From a virus, in IMG/VR virus record IMGVR_UViG_3300021962_000032: DNA of 64,000 nucleotides; one strand, written 5' to 3'. The position numbers and the translations under genes were made by a program. A model generated the notes under the pieces. That model saw only the letters and a list, made by a program, of their open reading frames with translations, had not been told where the DNA came from and made no database searches. The stretch's first letter is position 1; each line of letters opens with the position of its first letter. Positions 26,847 to 36,812 of the stretch are shown here, piece by piece.

Positions 26847-27419
26847 TTAACTATATCTTCTTGGTAAATGTCTTCCTTCTTTATCTGTAATATTATACAT
26901 CATATATTTAAAACTTACAGTAGCTGTAAAGTATGCCTCATCTGTATTTGTGGCATCAAATTGAAGTTCCGACAATCTGTAGGGAAACATTCTTCTGAAT
27001 ACAACTTGGTAATTTAAATTTAAATTACTATTTAATATGAATAATGTTCCGTCAGAATATAGATTCATTTCACCACCTTGATTTACAACATAGTTGTCTG
27101 CATCAGATTGGTAATCGTATATTTGAGCAAGAGATTCTGGAAATCCAAGACCTCTCATCCAATTTTGTATTTCCATAAAGTTGGTCAAATCTTCATCAAC
27201 TATAAAATCCAATTCAAAATCTTCAAATACCATATTATCACCAGGAACTGGAATAGGATTTGTGAGATAGTTTGAATGGTTTGCAACTCCCAAAGTAATT
27301 CCTGGAACTACTGCCTTGTTTGCATAGAATGCAGTTTTGGGAGAACGATTTAAAATAAAAGTAAAACCTGTACTTGATAGATAATTTCTATTCTCTATCT
27401 GCCCTCTTCTTGTAGCCAT
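26847..27419 (-). CDS. gp3: Tail tube terminator / tail completion protein gp3
   Basis: 'NYLS...F...PG....G...F..F.VDEDL.N..EI.NWMRGLG...FPY.LS...FD'; position after g23. Confidence 0.88.
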   Translation of the reverse strand: MATRRGQIENRNYLSSTGFTFILNRSPKTAFYANKAVVPGITLGVANHSNYLTNPIPVPGDNMVFEDFELDFIVDEDLTNFMEIQNWMRGLGFPESLAQIYDYQSDADNYVVNQGGEMNLYSDGTLFILNSNLNLNYQVVFRRMFPYRLSELQFDATNTDEAYFTATVSFKYMMYNITDKEGRHLPRRYS

Positions 27420-27442
27420 TTATGGAAAGACCCTTATTGGTC

Positions 27443-27449
27443 TATTTAT
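27443..27449 (-). promoter_or_regulatory. Late promoter ATAAATA for g3
   Basis: Motif 23 nt upstream of the ATG. Confidence 0.65.
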
Positions 27450-27536
27450 CTATTGGTATGCATGTGTAAGACCCCAATAAACATATAACCCTATTGAAGA
27501 AAATAAGATTAAAGCATTTATTAATACCCTTGTCAT
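27450..27536 (-). CDS. 28-aa single-TM microprotein MTRVLINALILFSSIGLYVYWGLTHAYQ (NdhQ-like), not in the ORF track
   Basis: Translated by hand; fills the g23-g3 gap; TATAAATA 6 nt upstream of the ATG; W-x-L-x-x-A-Y C-terminus. Confidence 0.6.
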   Translation of the reverse strand: MTRVLINALILFSSIGLYVYWGLTHAYQ

Positions 27537-27542
27537 TATCGG

Positions 27543-27550
27543 TATTTATA
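27543..27550 (-). promoter_or_regulatory. T4-type late promoter TATAAATA for the 28-aa microprotein
   Basis: Exact consensus, downstream of the g23 terminator. Confidence 0.75.
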
Positions 27551-27572
27551 CTCATGTACATATTTTATGTAT

Positions 27573-27601
27573 AAAAAAAGACCCCCCATTCGGGAGGTCT
27601 T
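27573..27601 (-). terminator. g23 terminator
   Basis: AGACCTCCC-GAAT-GGGGGGTCT followed by a T-run. Confidence 0.9.
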
Positions 27602-27624
27602 GTATGAGAACCGTGACAATTAAA

Positions 27625-29082
27625 TCACATGAGGTTCTTAACAGCAACTCTTCTGTAGTAACGGTTGCTGTTTGTAAGAATACGTCCAAGACCCTGGCCT
27701 GTGCCTTCTGCGAATGGGTTTGCAACCATTCCATAACGGGTCTTAAAGCCGATCTTAGGCTGGAAAGTATTCTCTCCAACTGCACGTACCATCTGGAGAG
27801 GTACATATGGGCAGTAGAAAAGTCCTGCGTCATAAGGTGAAGAACCCTTATATCCAATAACATAGTATTGGGTTGCAGCATTATTTGCCGAATAAGGATC
27901 GATATAAACGCGGAATTTGCCCATCAGAACACCAGCAAAGGTGTTACCAGTGTCATCAACGTTCAGGTTTGCGTTGAGTGCTGGGGTGTAGTCAAGTACT
28001 CCTGCCATGGTCAGTGCCGAAGCAACGTCAGCAGAGCACATGATTACGTTGCCCTTTCCTCTACGAGTTCTTTGTGCAATCTGGTTCGCATCTCTTTCGA
28101 TTTGGAACAGAAGACCCTTGAACTTCTCAACTGACCAACGACCGTTGGAGTCAACGTCGAGGTCGAATACACCAGGAGTTGCAACGTTGAGGGTTGCACC
28201 CTGCTCAGCAACCTTGTAGATGGTTCTGATGACTTCACGGTTGATTTCAGCAAGAATCTCTGTTGAGAGAATGTTTGCTAATTCCGCTTCAGCATTCAGA
28301 CCATGGATTGCCTTCAGGTCTTGTGCAAGCTCAAGGCTGTATTCTGCCTTCAGTGCTCTTGACTTGGCTTCAACAAGAACCTTCTCGATTGAGAATGCCA
28401 TCTCGTTGAACTGATCGCCACTTCCAAGTGCCTCAGAAGTTGCGGTGTCCATTGCCTGACCAACTTTATAGTCAAGCTCACTTGCTGTTGCAGTTGGGTT
28501 CAGGAGACCTGGGTTATTTTGTGATCCACCAGCTGCGGGAGGAGCATCGGCAGTAGTACCCATACCAACAGAAGCACCGGATCCTGCTTCTCTGGTGTAC
28601 TGTCCAAGAGGACCATTGAATCCAGAATCTTGTCCGGAGAAAGATGTATCTGGCTCATTGAACAGAGCTTCTGCACCGTTCTGGTCATTGTAACGTGATC
28701 TCATTGCGAAGATGAGTCCTGTTGGTCCGTTCATTGGTTGAACGCCAGCAAGATCATATGCAACAAGGTTTGGCATTGAACGTCTGATCAATGAGATCAG
28801 TACGGGATCAAAACCTGCTACTGGACCTGCAGAATCTGCAGCTCCACCGAATCCAGGACCACCAACTCCATTACCACCTACGGCGCCGGAATTTGTATTT
28901 ACGGTTGGAGTTTCGGTGAGAAGACCACCAGCATTAAATGCTGATTGCTCTCTTAAAAACTTTTCTTGATTTTCTAACAGGACTGCGGTTACGGCTCTTC
29001 TGTGGGAATCATTGATTGGATCGCATCCTTCGTGATTCAGAAGAGGTGCCCACTTTTCCTGCAATCTTTCTGATTGAAACAT
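27625..29082 (-). CDS. gp23: Major capsid protein gp23
   Basis: KWAPLL, AGFDPVLISLIRR.MPNL.AYD..GVQPM, EINREV, FQPKIGFKTRYG. Confidence 0.99.
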   Translation of the reverse strand: MFQSERLQEKWAPLLNHEGCDPINDSHRRAVTAVLLENQEKFLREQSAFNAGGLLTETPTVNTNSGAVGGNGVGGPGFGGAADSAGPVAGFDPVLISLIRRSMPNLVAYDLAGVQPMNGPTGLIFAMRSRYNDQNGAEALFNEPDTSFSGQDSGFNGPLGQYTREAGSGASVGMGTTADAPPAAGGSQNNPGLLNPTATASELDYKVGQAMDTATSEALGSGDQFNEMAFSIEKVLVEAKSRALKAEYSLELAQDLKAIHGLNAEAELANILSTEILAEINREVIRTIYKVAEQGATLNVATPGVFDLDVDSNGRWSVEKFKGLLFQIERDANQIAQRTRRGKGNVIMCSADVASALTMAGVLDYTPALNANLNVDDTGNTFAGVLMGKFRVYIDPYSANNAATQYYVIGYKGSSPYDAGLFYCPYVPLQMVRAVGENTFQPKIGFKTRYGMVANPFAEGTGQGLGRILTNSNRYYRRVAVKNLM

Positions 29083-29132
29083 TGCGTGTTACCTTTTACT
29101 AAAGTGCGTTTTTTGTTTGACTAATATTGAAT

Positions 29133-30383
29133 TCAGTTTTTTGCAACTGATGAAAGAGTTCTCAGATATGATTCCATTGTTTGTGAATGGAATTCGGGAA
29201 CGATTTCTGTACCCTCTGAAAGAGTTTCAGTTGTTGCCGATGGAGATACTACTCTTGAAGGAAAATATGATTCCTTCAATGTCTCCAATTTTTCACGATA
29301 TTCTTCTTCACTTTCAAACTCAACACTTTCGGAAAGTGAAGCGAGCTTTTCCTTCTGAGAAAGTGCAAGACCCTCAGCTACATTATCAAAGATTCCTACT
29401 GCAACCGACTCTGCGAGACGCTTGTTTAAGGAGATATTTTTCTCAATTTGCTCGTTGAGTTTTGTCTCCATGTCATCAAGTTTTTCTACCATACTCTCAA
29501 GTACATCATATTTCTCTTCAGGGATTTCTACATAATGTTCTTCAAAAAGATTCCTCATTCCTTGAATGAAGGATTCTGTCATTTCTGTTCTAAGTCCTTG
29601 CTCAACTGCAAGGGCATTTTCTTCTAACCATTCTTGAGCAACGTACTCAAGATAAGCATCTGTTCTTTCTTCAAGAACAGACTTAATCTCGGCAACTTCT
29701 TCTACCAATCTTTCTTCATAATGTGCCTCAAGAGATTCACGAATCTCTGAAACTTTAGAACGAAGTGCTGCCTCAAAAATGATTTTTGCTTTTTCTTGGA
29801 ATTCTTCAGAGAGTTCCTCACCTTCAAGGAGAGCATTAACATCTTCTTCGATGTCAAACTCTTCCTTCTTCATTTCATCTTCATCATCTTCTTCATCATC
29901 TTCTTTCTTGGACTTCTTCTTAGATTCTTTTGAATCTTCCTTCTCATCCTCTTTTGAATCTTCTTCCTCTTCTGCTTCTGCAATTACTTCATCATACTCA
30001 TCTTCCAGTTCTTCCTCTTCTTTGACTGGATTTGCCATCTTCTTCATGGACTCACCAGCACTACGAGAAACTGTAGAACCTCCTGTTGTTGCATAGGCAG
30101 GAGCTTTCTTCATACCTTCAGCAGATTTTGCACCCTTTCCAACTACATCGCTTACTTTTTTAATTGGTGATGCAGCATCTCCAAGTTTTGCTGGTCCATT
30201 TGCATCATTTGTGTAATTGTCTGGTGTTGGTCCACCAAGATCCGTCCAACTTGTTGATTGACCATCAGGAATACCTGTGGTCAATTTGTGCATTGGCTCT
30301 GCTGCTTTTGAACCGGCATTGATAGCAGTTTTGGATTGTGTAGTGCCTGCTTCCATTTCCTGTAAATTTTTACCACGGGACAT
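29133..30383 (-). CDS. gp22: Prohead core scaffolding protein gp22
   Basis: Acidic coiled coil 'LSEEFQEKAKIIFEAA...YLEYVAQEW...KESYF'; synteny. Confidence 0.93.
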   Translation of the reverse strand: MSRGKNLQEMEAGTTQSKTAINAGSKAAEPMHKLTTGIPDGQSTSWTDLGGPTPDNYTNDANGPAKLGDAASPIKKVSDVVGKGAKSAEGMKKAPAYATTGGSTVSRSAGESMKKMANPVKEEEELEDEYDEVIAEAEEEEDSKEDEKEDSKESKKKSKKEDDEEDDEDEMKKEEFDIEEDVNALLEGEELSEEFQEKAKIIFEAALRSKVSEIRESLEAHYEERLVEEVAEIKSVLEERTDAYLEYVAQEWLEENALAVEQGLRTEMTESFIQGMRNLFEEHYVEIPEEKYDVLESMVEKLDDMETKLNEQIEKNISLNKRLAESVAVGIFDNVAEGLALSQKEKLASLSESVEFESEEEYREKLETLKESYFPSRVVSPSATTETLSEGTEIVPEFHSQTMESYLRTLSSVAKN

Positions 30384-30423
30384 TTGAACTCTCCGTTAAA
30401 CTATATTAGTAAATAACTATATT

Positions 30424-30431
30424 TATTTATA
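30424..30431 (-). promoter_or_regulatory. Late promoter TATAAATA (g22-g23)
   Basis: Exact consensus. Confidence 0.85.
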
Positions 30432-30441
30432 AATTAATTAA

Positions 30442-31086
30442 TTACAACGAATTTAAAAACTCGTTGAAAAGATTAAGTTTATGCTCTTCAAGAGCACGTT
30501 GACTTACAAATCTTTCGACTTTGGATTGTAAAATGTGAACTTTTTGTTCTAAAACGCCATTATTCCAAATCCATTCAACACCTTCCATGATCCCGTTTAC
30601 GAATGCATCGGGAGCTGAAGGATCTGCAACAATATCTGCTGCAGTTGCTAACATAAAGTCATCATTAACAACTTTTACTCCATTTCTTTCGACGAGAGAA
30701 CCAACTCCTCTTGAAGAAACCCCGAGTTTTACACCTTCACCAATGAGTGATGATGCAATTTTTCCCATTGGAGTATCAAGAATTTTTGCTTTTCCTACAA
30801 AATTATTTCCATCTTCTTTTAAAGATGTAATCATATGTGAAACCCTATCCAGGTTTACTGTTGGACCATCTGGATGTCCGAGTTCACCAAGAGCTCGTCC
30901 TTTTTGAATATAATTTTCATTGTATCTTTGTACTTCTCTTTGCAGAGTTTCCATTGGATACATACGACCATTACGGTTCTTTATATTAGCTTGAAGAAAA
31001 GTCCCTTCAATATGAAGAGATTTTTTGCCATCCTTACCTTCAGTAATAAAATTTACTGATTCTATTTCTTCTGTGATTAGTTTCAT
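30442..31086 (-). CDS. gp21: Prohead protease gp21
   Basis: MKLITE, NRNGRMYP, GELGHP, GVSSRG.GS, DIVADPSAPDAFV. Confidence 0.97.
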   Translation of the reverse strand: MKLITEEIESVNFITEGKDGKKSLHIEGTFLQANIKNRNGRMYPMETLQREVQRYNENYIQKGRALGELGHPDGPTVNLDRVSHMITSLKEDGNNFVGKAKILDTPMGKIASSLIGEGVKLGVSSRGVGSLVERNGVKVVNDDFMLATAADIVADPSAPDAFVNGIMEGVEWIWNNGVLEQKVHILQSKVERFVSQRALEEHKLNLFNEFLNSL

Positions 31087-31090
31087 GAGA

Positions 31091-31366
31091 TTAGTTAGTA
31101 AATCCTACTTGTGATCCCTTCACTGCAGCATTTGCAGCAAGAATGCAATGGGATGATTGCTTTTGTAAATATTCTGTAGTTCCTCTCATAAGAGTAAAAG
31201 ACCCAATTCCTGGACCACTTTGAGATTCAACAACAGTCACCAGATAATCATCGGTGGTAGAAGTGTTAACTAATCTAACAACAGTTGCCGCACTAAAACT
31301 GGTTGCAGTTCCAGTTGAAGTTGGTAAAGCTGCTTCTGACCCAAGTATTTTGATTCTATACGACAT
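31091..31366 (-). CDS. Conserved small structural-region protein
   Basis: 91 aa between g20 and g21, preceded by late promoters. Confidence 0.7.
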   Translation of the reverse strand: MSYRIKILGSEAALPTSTGTATSFSAATVVRLVNTSTTDDYLVTVVESQSGPGIGSFTLMRGTTEYLQKQSSHCILAANAAVKGSQVGFTN

Positions 31367-31381
31367 TATTATATAAGATAA

Positions 31382-31400
31382 TATTTATATTAATATTTAT
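31382..31400 (-). promoter_or_regulatory. Tandem late promoters (ATAAATA 31394-31400; TATAAATA 31382-31389)
   Basis: Consensus motifs. Confidence 0.7.
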
Positions 31401-31549
31401 CAATCGTTGGAATTAAAGAAACTTGCTGCAATTTCTGGCTTTACAGAATCTACTTTTTCTGCAGCTTTTGCAAAAAGAAGGTCTTTAATTTTATCACTAA
31501 CTTGCGATGGTGATTCATCTGAAACAATTAAGTCAATAAGTTCTTCCAT
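31400..31549 (-). CDS. 49-aa protein downstream of the portal (position of T4 prohead core gp67), not in the ORF track
   Basis: Manual translation MEELIDLIVSDESPSQVSDKIKDLLFAKAAEKVDSVKPEIAASFFNSND*; fills the gap after g20. Confidence 0.75.
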   Translation of the reverse strand: MEELIDLIVSDESPSQVSDKIKDLLFAKAAEKVDSVKPEIAASFFNSND

Positions 31550-31560
31550 AGTTTTTTCTA

Positions 31561-33276
31561 TTATTTTTTGCTATTTATACCATTCACTGGTTTTGTTGTT
31601 GGAGGTTCTGCAACTTTTGCACTAAAATCTGGAGGTGTAGAATCCAAAGGGACTGTTCCAGAAGCACCATTAATTGCATCACCTCCAGTAGGAAGAGGTA
31701 ATCCAGTTTCTGGATCAATTGGTGCATTTGGATCTGGTATTTTTCCAGATTTAATTTCTTTTTTAATTTTTTGATCTTCTTCTATAATTTCTTGATCTGT
31801 TTGATGAAGAATCTTACTTCTGACATATTCTTGAGAAAAATATTTGCCAATATAAGGTTCTGCAGTTGCAGCAAGATTTAATCTTTCCGTCATAAGTTCT
31901 GCATCCTTAAGTTCAGAGAAGTGATTATCATAAAGAAAATCATATTGTATATGTTGGGACATTTCTTCCCAATCTTCAGGAGTGATAATGTTCTTAAGAA
32001 CTAATTGTGTTTTTAATAAATCGTGAAAAAGATTTGAAAATCTTTTTCTAAGACGACCTACAAATTTAGTAAATTTAAGTTCATCCCTTAAAATTTCTGA
32101 AGATCTTCCAAGATTGAATCCACCTTCACCTTCCATTCTTGAGGGAGGAACATTTAATGATCTATAAAGTTTTGCTTGAAAATATTTAATATCTGTAATT
32201 TCTCCTAAATTTTGTCCACCAGGAAGAGTTGTAATTTCAGTTCCACGACCACCTTCTCTACGAGGTAACCAGAAGTCCTCAAGCATACTCATGAATTTTT
32301 TATCGTCACGAATTTCTCCGGTGTTTGCATCGTACACCATTTTATTTCTATAACGCATCATTACATCACGAAGGTATTGCTCGGCTTTCATTTTAGGAAG
32401 ATTTCCCACATCGATGTAAAAAATTCTTCTTTCTGGCGCTCTTGATAATCTATAAATGACAAGAGAATCCTCAATCATGCGAAGTTGATTGAGAGATTTA
32501 ATTGCTTTATTCAGATAAGACAAAACAATTTTTTTATTTCTATCTACTAATCCTGAAGTACAATAAGCTACAGCATCTCTAGCAATCTTTATTCCAGATT
32601 TTGATGCTGAATGCATGTCCATTATTGTGGCATTTCTTCCAGCAGTCCCTTGTCCGGGAGTATATAAAAAATATTCATAAATTTCCGGAAAAGGATAATT
32701 TAATGGATTCTCTTCTTTTCCTGGTGTATTAGTTGGTATAGATGCTCCAGAAGCATCTCTTTTCTTTTTTTCCTTTCTAACATAACGAATATTCATGGGA
32801 TCAATATATCTTAACTCTTGAATCCCATCTTGTGGTCTTTTAAAATCAATTACTTTATGGTAAAAGATTCTTCCATCTACATACCAACTTCTATAAATCT
32901 CATGACACTTCTTATCAAAATCCAATAAATTTAAAATATGTTTAAATTCTTCTCTAATTTTAGTTTTAATTCCATCACTTGCTTTCAAATTTGATAATTC
33001 AATTTGAACTGGCGCATCATTAGAATCTGAAACAATAGCTTCATTAACAATATCTTCAATGGCACTATCCACCTCTGGATGAAGTGCCATCTCTCTATAT
33101 CTTTTAATTAATTCAAATTCATTTCTATATACGCCTTCAATATCTACATAAGAACCAAAAAATCCAGACGTTAAATAATGATCAACCCCATCCTCGTTGT
33201 TGACGGGGACGGGGGATAATGCAGATTTTGGTAATTTATTATCGTCTTCAATAGAAAATCCGAACAATTTAGTCAT
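31561..33276 (-). CDS. gp20: Portal protein gp20
   Basis: LFGFSI, HPEVDSAIEDIVNE, RAPERRIFYIDVGNLPK, EDFWLPRREGGRGTEI. Confidence 0.99.
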   Translation of the reverse strand: MTKLFGFSIEDDNKLPKSALSPVPVNNEDGVDHYLTSGFFGSYVDIEGVYRNEFELIKRYREMALHPEVDSAIEDIVNEAIVSDSNDAPVQIELSNLKASDGIKTKIREEFKHILNLLDFDKKCHEIYRSWYVDGRIFYHKVIDFKRPQDGIQELRYIDPMNIRYVRKEKKKRDASGASIPTNTPGKEENPLNYPFPEIYEYFLYTPGQGTAGRNATIMDMHSASKSGIKIARDAVAYCTSGLVDRNKKIVLSYLNKAIKSLNQLRMIEDSLVIYRLSRAPERRIFYIDVGNLPKMKAEQYLRDVMMRYRNKMVYDANTGEIRDDKKFMSMLEDFWLPRREGGRGTEITTLPGGQNLGEITDIKYFQAKLYRSLNVPPSRMEGEGGFNLGRSSEILRDELKFTKFVGRLRKRFSNLFHDLLKTQLVLKNIITPEDWEEMSQHIQYDFLYDNHFSELKDAELMTERLNLAATAEPYIGKYFSQEYVRSKILHQTDQEIIEEDQKIKKEIKSGKIPDPNAPIDPETGLPLPTGGDAINGASGTVPLDSTPPDFSAKVAEPPTTKPVNGINSKK

Positions 33277-33302
33277 TATTAAATATTTTTAGAATTTTCT
33301 AC

Positions 33303-33309
33303 TATTTAT
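33303..33309 (-). promoter_or_regulatory. Late promoter ATAAATA (g20)
   Basis: Motif in the intergenic gap. Confidence 0.65.
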
Positions 33310-33318
33310 TCAACTAAA

Positions 33319-34020
33319 TTACACTACTCTATTGTTAGGAGCTTCTCCACCAACTGTTTCATTTGGTGCGTCAGCATCGTCAATTTCAAACCAGTTGACT
33401 TGGAATTCAACTGTGAATTCTTCAATTGTGTCGCCAGTGTCATATGACAAGTCAATCTGAGAAACATTGGTTGGGAAGATGTCGTGCATCTTATATGCTC
33501 TCAGAACTGGTGGATTATATGCACCATTATTTGGTGGAGCATCATTTCCAAGGAAAGAAGTTGAAGTGATAACTTCAGTACCATTTCTTGAATTTGATCT
33601 TCCAAGTTGTCTTACGATTGCATCAGTCATGTAGGACTGTGGATTTACAGCACCAGAAGCATTATCGAGCTTAGAAATGTGGTTCATCCACTGTTCAAAT
33701 GCATGTCTGAGGTTGAAGTCCTCATCGTTGATGATGGTAACTGTCCAGGTGTCAAATGTTCTGTCACCAGCAACTTTCAAGATACGTCCTCTAAAAGGAA
33801 CGTCAATTGGTGCTACGTTTGATGCAGGCAGAGCTGCTGATTTGCACAAGAAGTTGAAGTCGGTAACATCATTATTTCCCCAATATTCGGTGATATTTGT
33901 TGGGAAACTTGGGATGGTTACTTCAAACAGATTTGGTCTTGCACCGCCACCACGCAATCTATTTTTAAATTGCGAGATATTCTTTAATTCTGGTCTATTA
34001 GCATTTGCAAAAGCTGCCAT
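33319..34020 (-). CDS. gp19: Tail tube protein gp19
   Basis: GGGARPNLFEV, FRGR.LK.AGDRTF..WT.T..NDEDF, IEEFTVEFQV. Confidence 0.97.
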   Translation of the reverse strand: MAAFANANRPELKNISQFKNRLRGGGARPNLFEVTIPSFPTNITEYWGNNDVTDFNFLCKSAALPASNVAPIDVPFRGRILKVAGDRTFDTWTVTIINDEDFNLRHAFEQWMNHISKLDNASGAVNPQSYMTDAIVRQLGRSNSRNGTEVITSTSFLGNDAPPNNGAYNPPVLRAYKMHDIFPTNVSQIDLSYDTGDTIEEFTVEFQVNWFEIDDADAPNETVGGEAPNNRVV

Positions 34021-34061
34021 TGTTAGGTCCTCCGTTGTTTGTTATTATTTGGTTACATTAA

Positions 34062-36749
34062 TTAAACAGTTCCGGCAACTTCACCGAAGCTTACTCCAGT
34101 TCTTGTCGCAACGAAGGTCAAGGTTACATAATTAATTGACTTAGTTGGCTTGAGGTAAATGTCAGCTCTAAATTCATTATTATCAATGAGGTCTGGAGTG
34201 TTGTTTGATTCATCGCAAACAATTAAATAACCATAGAGTCCTCTCTTAGCTTGAATTTCGGCAAGGAAAGGATCAACGAGAGATACAAAGTTTGCTCTAG
34301 TAATGTTATCGTTGATTTCAAAGAGTTGTGCATCTGCAAGTTTTTGCAGTGATTGCTCAACATAGAGGAACAATCTTCTAACATTAATTCTATCGAATGC
34401 AGAAGCATATCCAAGAGCAGTTTTATCTCCGAAGAGAAGAGTTCCAAGTCCAGGTTGAGTGATGATTGGATTTACTCTTGCTGTGTACAGAGAATCTCTT
34501 TGTGCCTTATTTGGATTGTATGCAAGTTTAACTGCGTTGTTCAGAATTCCTCTTTGCTGTCCAGCAGGTGAATACCATGGATATGCTTCAAGAGATGTTC
34601 TAACCATCAGACCAGCAACGTCTCCGTTACATGGAATGTATCTGAATGCATTGTTGAATCTATCATACATGTACTTGTATCCACTATCAAATACTGCATA
34701 AGAAGAGGATGCAAGAGTGCTGAAGAACTCTACAACGTTATCCGTAATGTCATCAGTGCTAACGAATCCGAGTCCATCACCAAGAACATCTGTTCTGTGT
34801 GGTGAGATGCAAGCAATGCAATCTCCTCTGTCTTCGGCAATAGCAATCAGGTTTTGTGCTTTTGCTTGTGACTCTTCCTTATCTTCAAGTCCTGGTCCCA
34901 TCAGCAAGAAGTCGATTGCAATTTCGTCCTTATCAGCAAAGTAATCATATGCATTAAGAACTTGTCCCAATGTTGCCTTCAAACTTCCTGTTGTGCTTGT
35001 TGATGCCAAACTTACAGTTGCAGCATTATTTACCGCAACAATTTGAGCTTGTACTACTGGATCAGCAGATGATGGAGGAAGTTCTGGAGTATAATCCTTA
35101 CCCCCAGTTAACTTATAAAGTTTTGGTCCAACGACTGCAAAAGTTCTTTCTTTTCCTTCTTGGAACCAAAGTCCATCTGCAGCTGGAACTGGAATCCAGG
35201 TGTAAGTTCCATCAGCATTTACTACAAATCCTGAAGCATAAGTTACTTCATTATTTGAAATATCTGATGGGTTTGCACCAGCAAAGATATACTCAGAGTA
35301 AACTGCAAGATAATCTTTGTAGAATAATCTTTGTGGGGGATTTATTGCAGAAATTGCATCAAGTGACTTGGAAAGTGATGTGTGCTTCTCAAGAAGATTT
35401 CCCTTAATTCCACTTACTGTTCCGAGATCATCGAAAATTGCAATGTGGAGGGCATCATTTCTTCCCTTTCTATCAGCAACCCACTGGTTGGTTGTTGGCT
35501 TCTGTGCGATTGACTTCCAAGAAACTGAACCAGTTTCAAGAGCAATAAATTGCTCATTATACCAGTCCTTAATATCACTTCCTTGATCCAATGTTACCGT
35601 AGCAACTCCAACACCAGAGGTGTTGCGAACTACAATTTGGTTTCCTGGTTTAAATGATGCGTGTCTTGATCTGTTCTTATATTCGATTGGTGTCTCTGCT
35701 CCATCCGAATCAACTTTTGATGTAATTTTAACGTCAATTGTACCAAGAGTTGCATCTTTACCAGTAACGATTGCTTTCAGATAACCGTTTTCGGTAAAGA
35801 ATCCACCGCCCTGATCATTTCTTCCAGTTCTTCTAACTGGTCTTCTAACTTGATCGATTGATACAGTAACACCAAATCCAACTTGAGCAGCAGTTGCAGC
35901 AACTCCACCTACATTGAGAATTTGGTCTGCCTTGTCGTCAATTAAAGCAATAGTTAAATTATTAGACCATGTTCCTGGATTCTTTCCAGCAAACATATAC
36001 GGGATTACATCACCTTCTGTTCCAGCATAGTCATTGAGATTTTTAATCTTTAAATCTGGATCAGCAACGACGGAATCTGCAGCATCTTGAATTCCATCTA
36101 CAATAATTCTGATTGGATTATCATTTGCAGTATTTCCTAAAATACCATCATTAATGTAGATAATGTCATTAGATTCGTATCCTGAACCTCCATTAATTAC
36201 ACTTAAAGAAACAATTTCTCCAGTGGTTCCAATTCCAACAGAAATAATTGCACCAGATCCTGGAGATGAAGTTCCATCACTAGAAGAAACGGTAAAACCG
36301 TATCCTACTGCAGCAGTTGATGCTAACAGTGATGCAGCGTTTAATTGTGATAATTGATAAACACCTTCTGTTCTTGCACTGTCTGCAACATATTCTGTAG
36401 GACCACTTCCATATGCCGCAGTAATGGAGGTGAGTTCATCTTCTTGAGCGGTTCTTGTGCTGGAGTTTACAATTGTCTCTCCATCTGTTCTCACAACTTT
36501 AACTATTCCACCGTATGAGAGGAATGAGGATGCGGTCATCCAATACTCATACTGACCATCAGTACTTTGGGGTTTTCCAAAAACCCGAATTAACTCTTCT
36601 TCTGTTTCAATAGTAACAGGATCTTCTACCGGACCTTTTACAAATGGTCCAGCAATAGCTCCGATGTTATCTACGATGTTGTCGATCCTTCCTACCGTTA
36701 AATCAACTTCCCTGATTAATACACCAGGAGATAATTGAGGAGTCGCCAT
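34062..36749 (-). CDS. gp18: Tail sheath protein gp18 (long, with insertions)
   Basis: SPGV..REVDLT, PW.SPAG..RG, FDRINVRRLF, KP..SIN...L.FVATRTG. Confidence 0.97.
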   Translation of the reverse strand: MATPQLSPGVLIREVDLTVGRIDNIVDNIGAIAGPFVKGPVEDPVTIETEEELIRVFGKPQSTDGQYEYWMTASSFLSYGGIVKVVRTDGETIVNSSTRTAQEDELTSITAAYGSGPTEYVADSARTEGVYQLSQLNAASLLASTAAVGYGFTVSSSDGTSSPGSGAIISVGIGTTGEIVSLSVINGGSGYESNDIIYINDGILGNTANDNPIRIIVDGIQDAADSVVADPDLKIKNLNDYAGTEGDVIPYMFAGKNPGTWSNNLTIALIDDKADQILNVGGVAATAAQVGFGVTVSIDQVRRPVRRTGRNDQGGGFFTENGYLKAIVTGKDATLGTIDVKITSKVDSDGAETPIEYKNRSRHASFKPGNQIVVRNTSGVGVATVTLDQGSDIKDWYNEQFIALETGSVSWKSIAQKPTTNQWVADRKGRNDALHIAIFDDLGTVSGIKGNLLEKHTSLSKSLDAISAINPPQRLFYKDYLAVYSEYIFAGANPSDISNNEVTYASGFVVNADGTYTWIPVPAADGLWFQEGKERTFAVVGPKLYKLTGGKDYTPELPPSSADPVVQAQIVAVNNAATVSLASTSTTGSLKATLGQVLNAYDYFADKDEIAIDFLLMGPGLEDKEESQAKAQNLIAIAEDRGDCIACISPHRTDVLGDGLGFVSTDDITDNVVEFFSTLASSSYAVFDSGYKYMYDRFNNAFRYIPCNGDVAGLMVRTSLEAYPWYSPAGQQRGILNNAVKLAYNPNKAQRDSLYTARVNPIITQPGLGTLLFGDKTALGYASAFDRINVRRLFLYVEQSLQKLADAQLFEINDNITRANFVSLVDPFLAEIQAKRGLYGYLIVCDESNNTPDLIDNNEFRADIYLKPTKSINYVTLTFVATRTGVSFGEVAGTV

Positions 36750-36782
36750 GTTTTTCTCCTAAGACTCAGTTTATCTAAAAAA

Positions 36783-36789
36783 TATTTAT
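36783..36789 (-). promoter_or_regulatory. Late promoter ATAAATA (g18)
   Basis: Motif in the intergenic gap. Confidence 0.65.
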
Positions 36790-36812
36790 TAAAATAATGT
36801 TTTTCAGAATGA

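Noticed and set aside
27552-27881. Alternate-frame ORF overlapping the g23 3' end (possible frameshift-extended capsid protein)
   Set aside because: I saw no slippery sequence, the ORF runs through the strong g23 terminator, and the sequence looks like an off-frame translation.
29860-30020. Low-complexity tct/tca-rich tract
   Set aside because: It encodes the acidic Glu/Asp/Lys linker of scaffold gp22 and is not a DNA repeat array or CRISPR.
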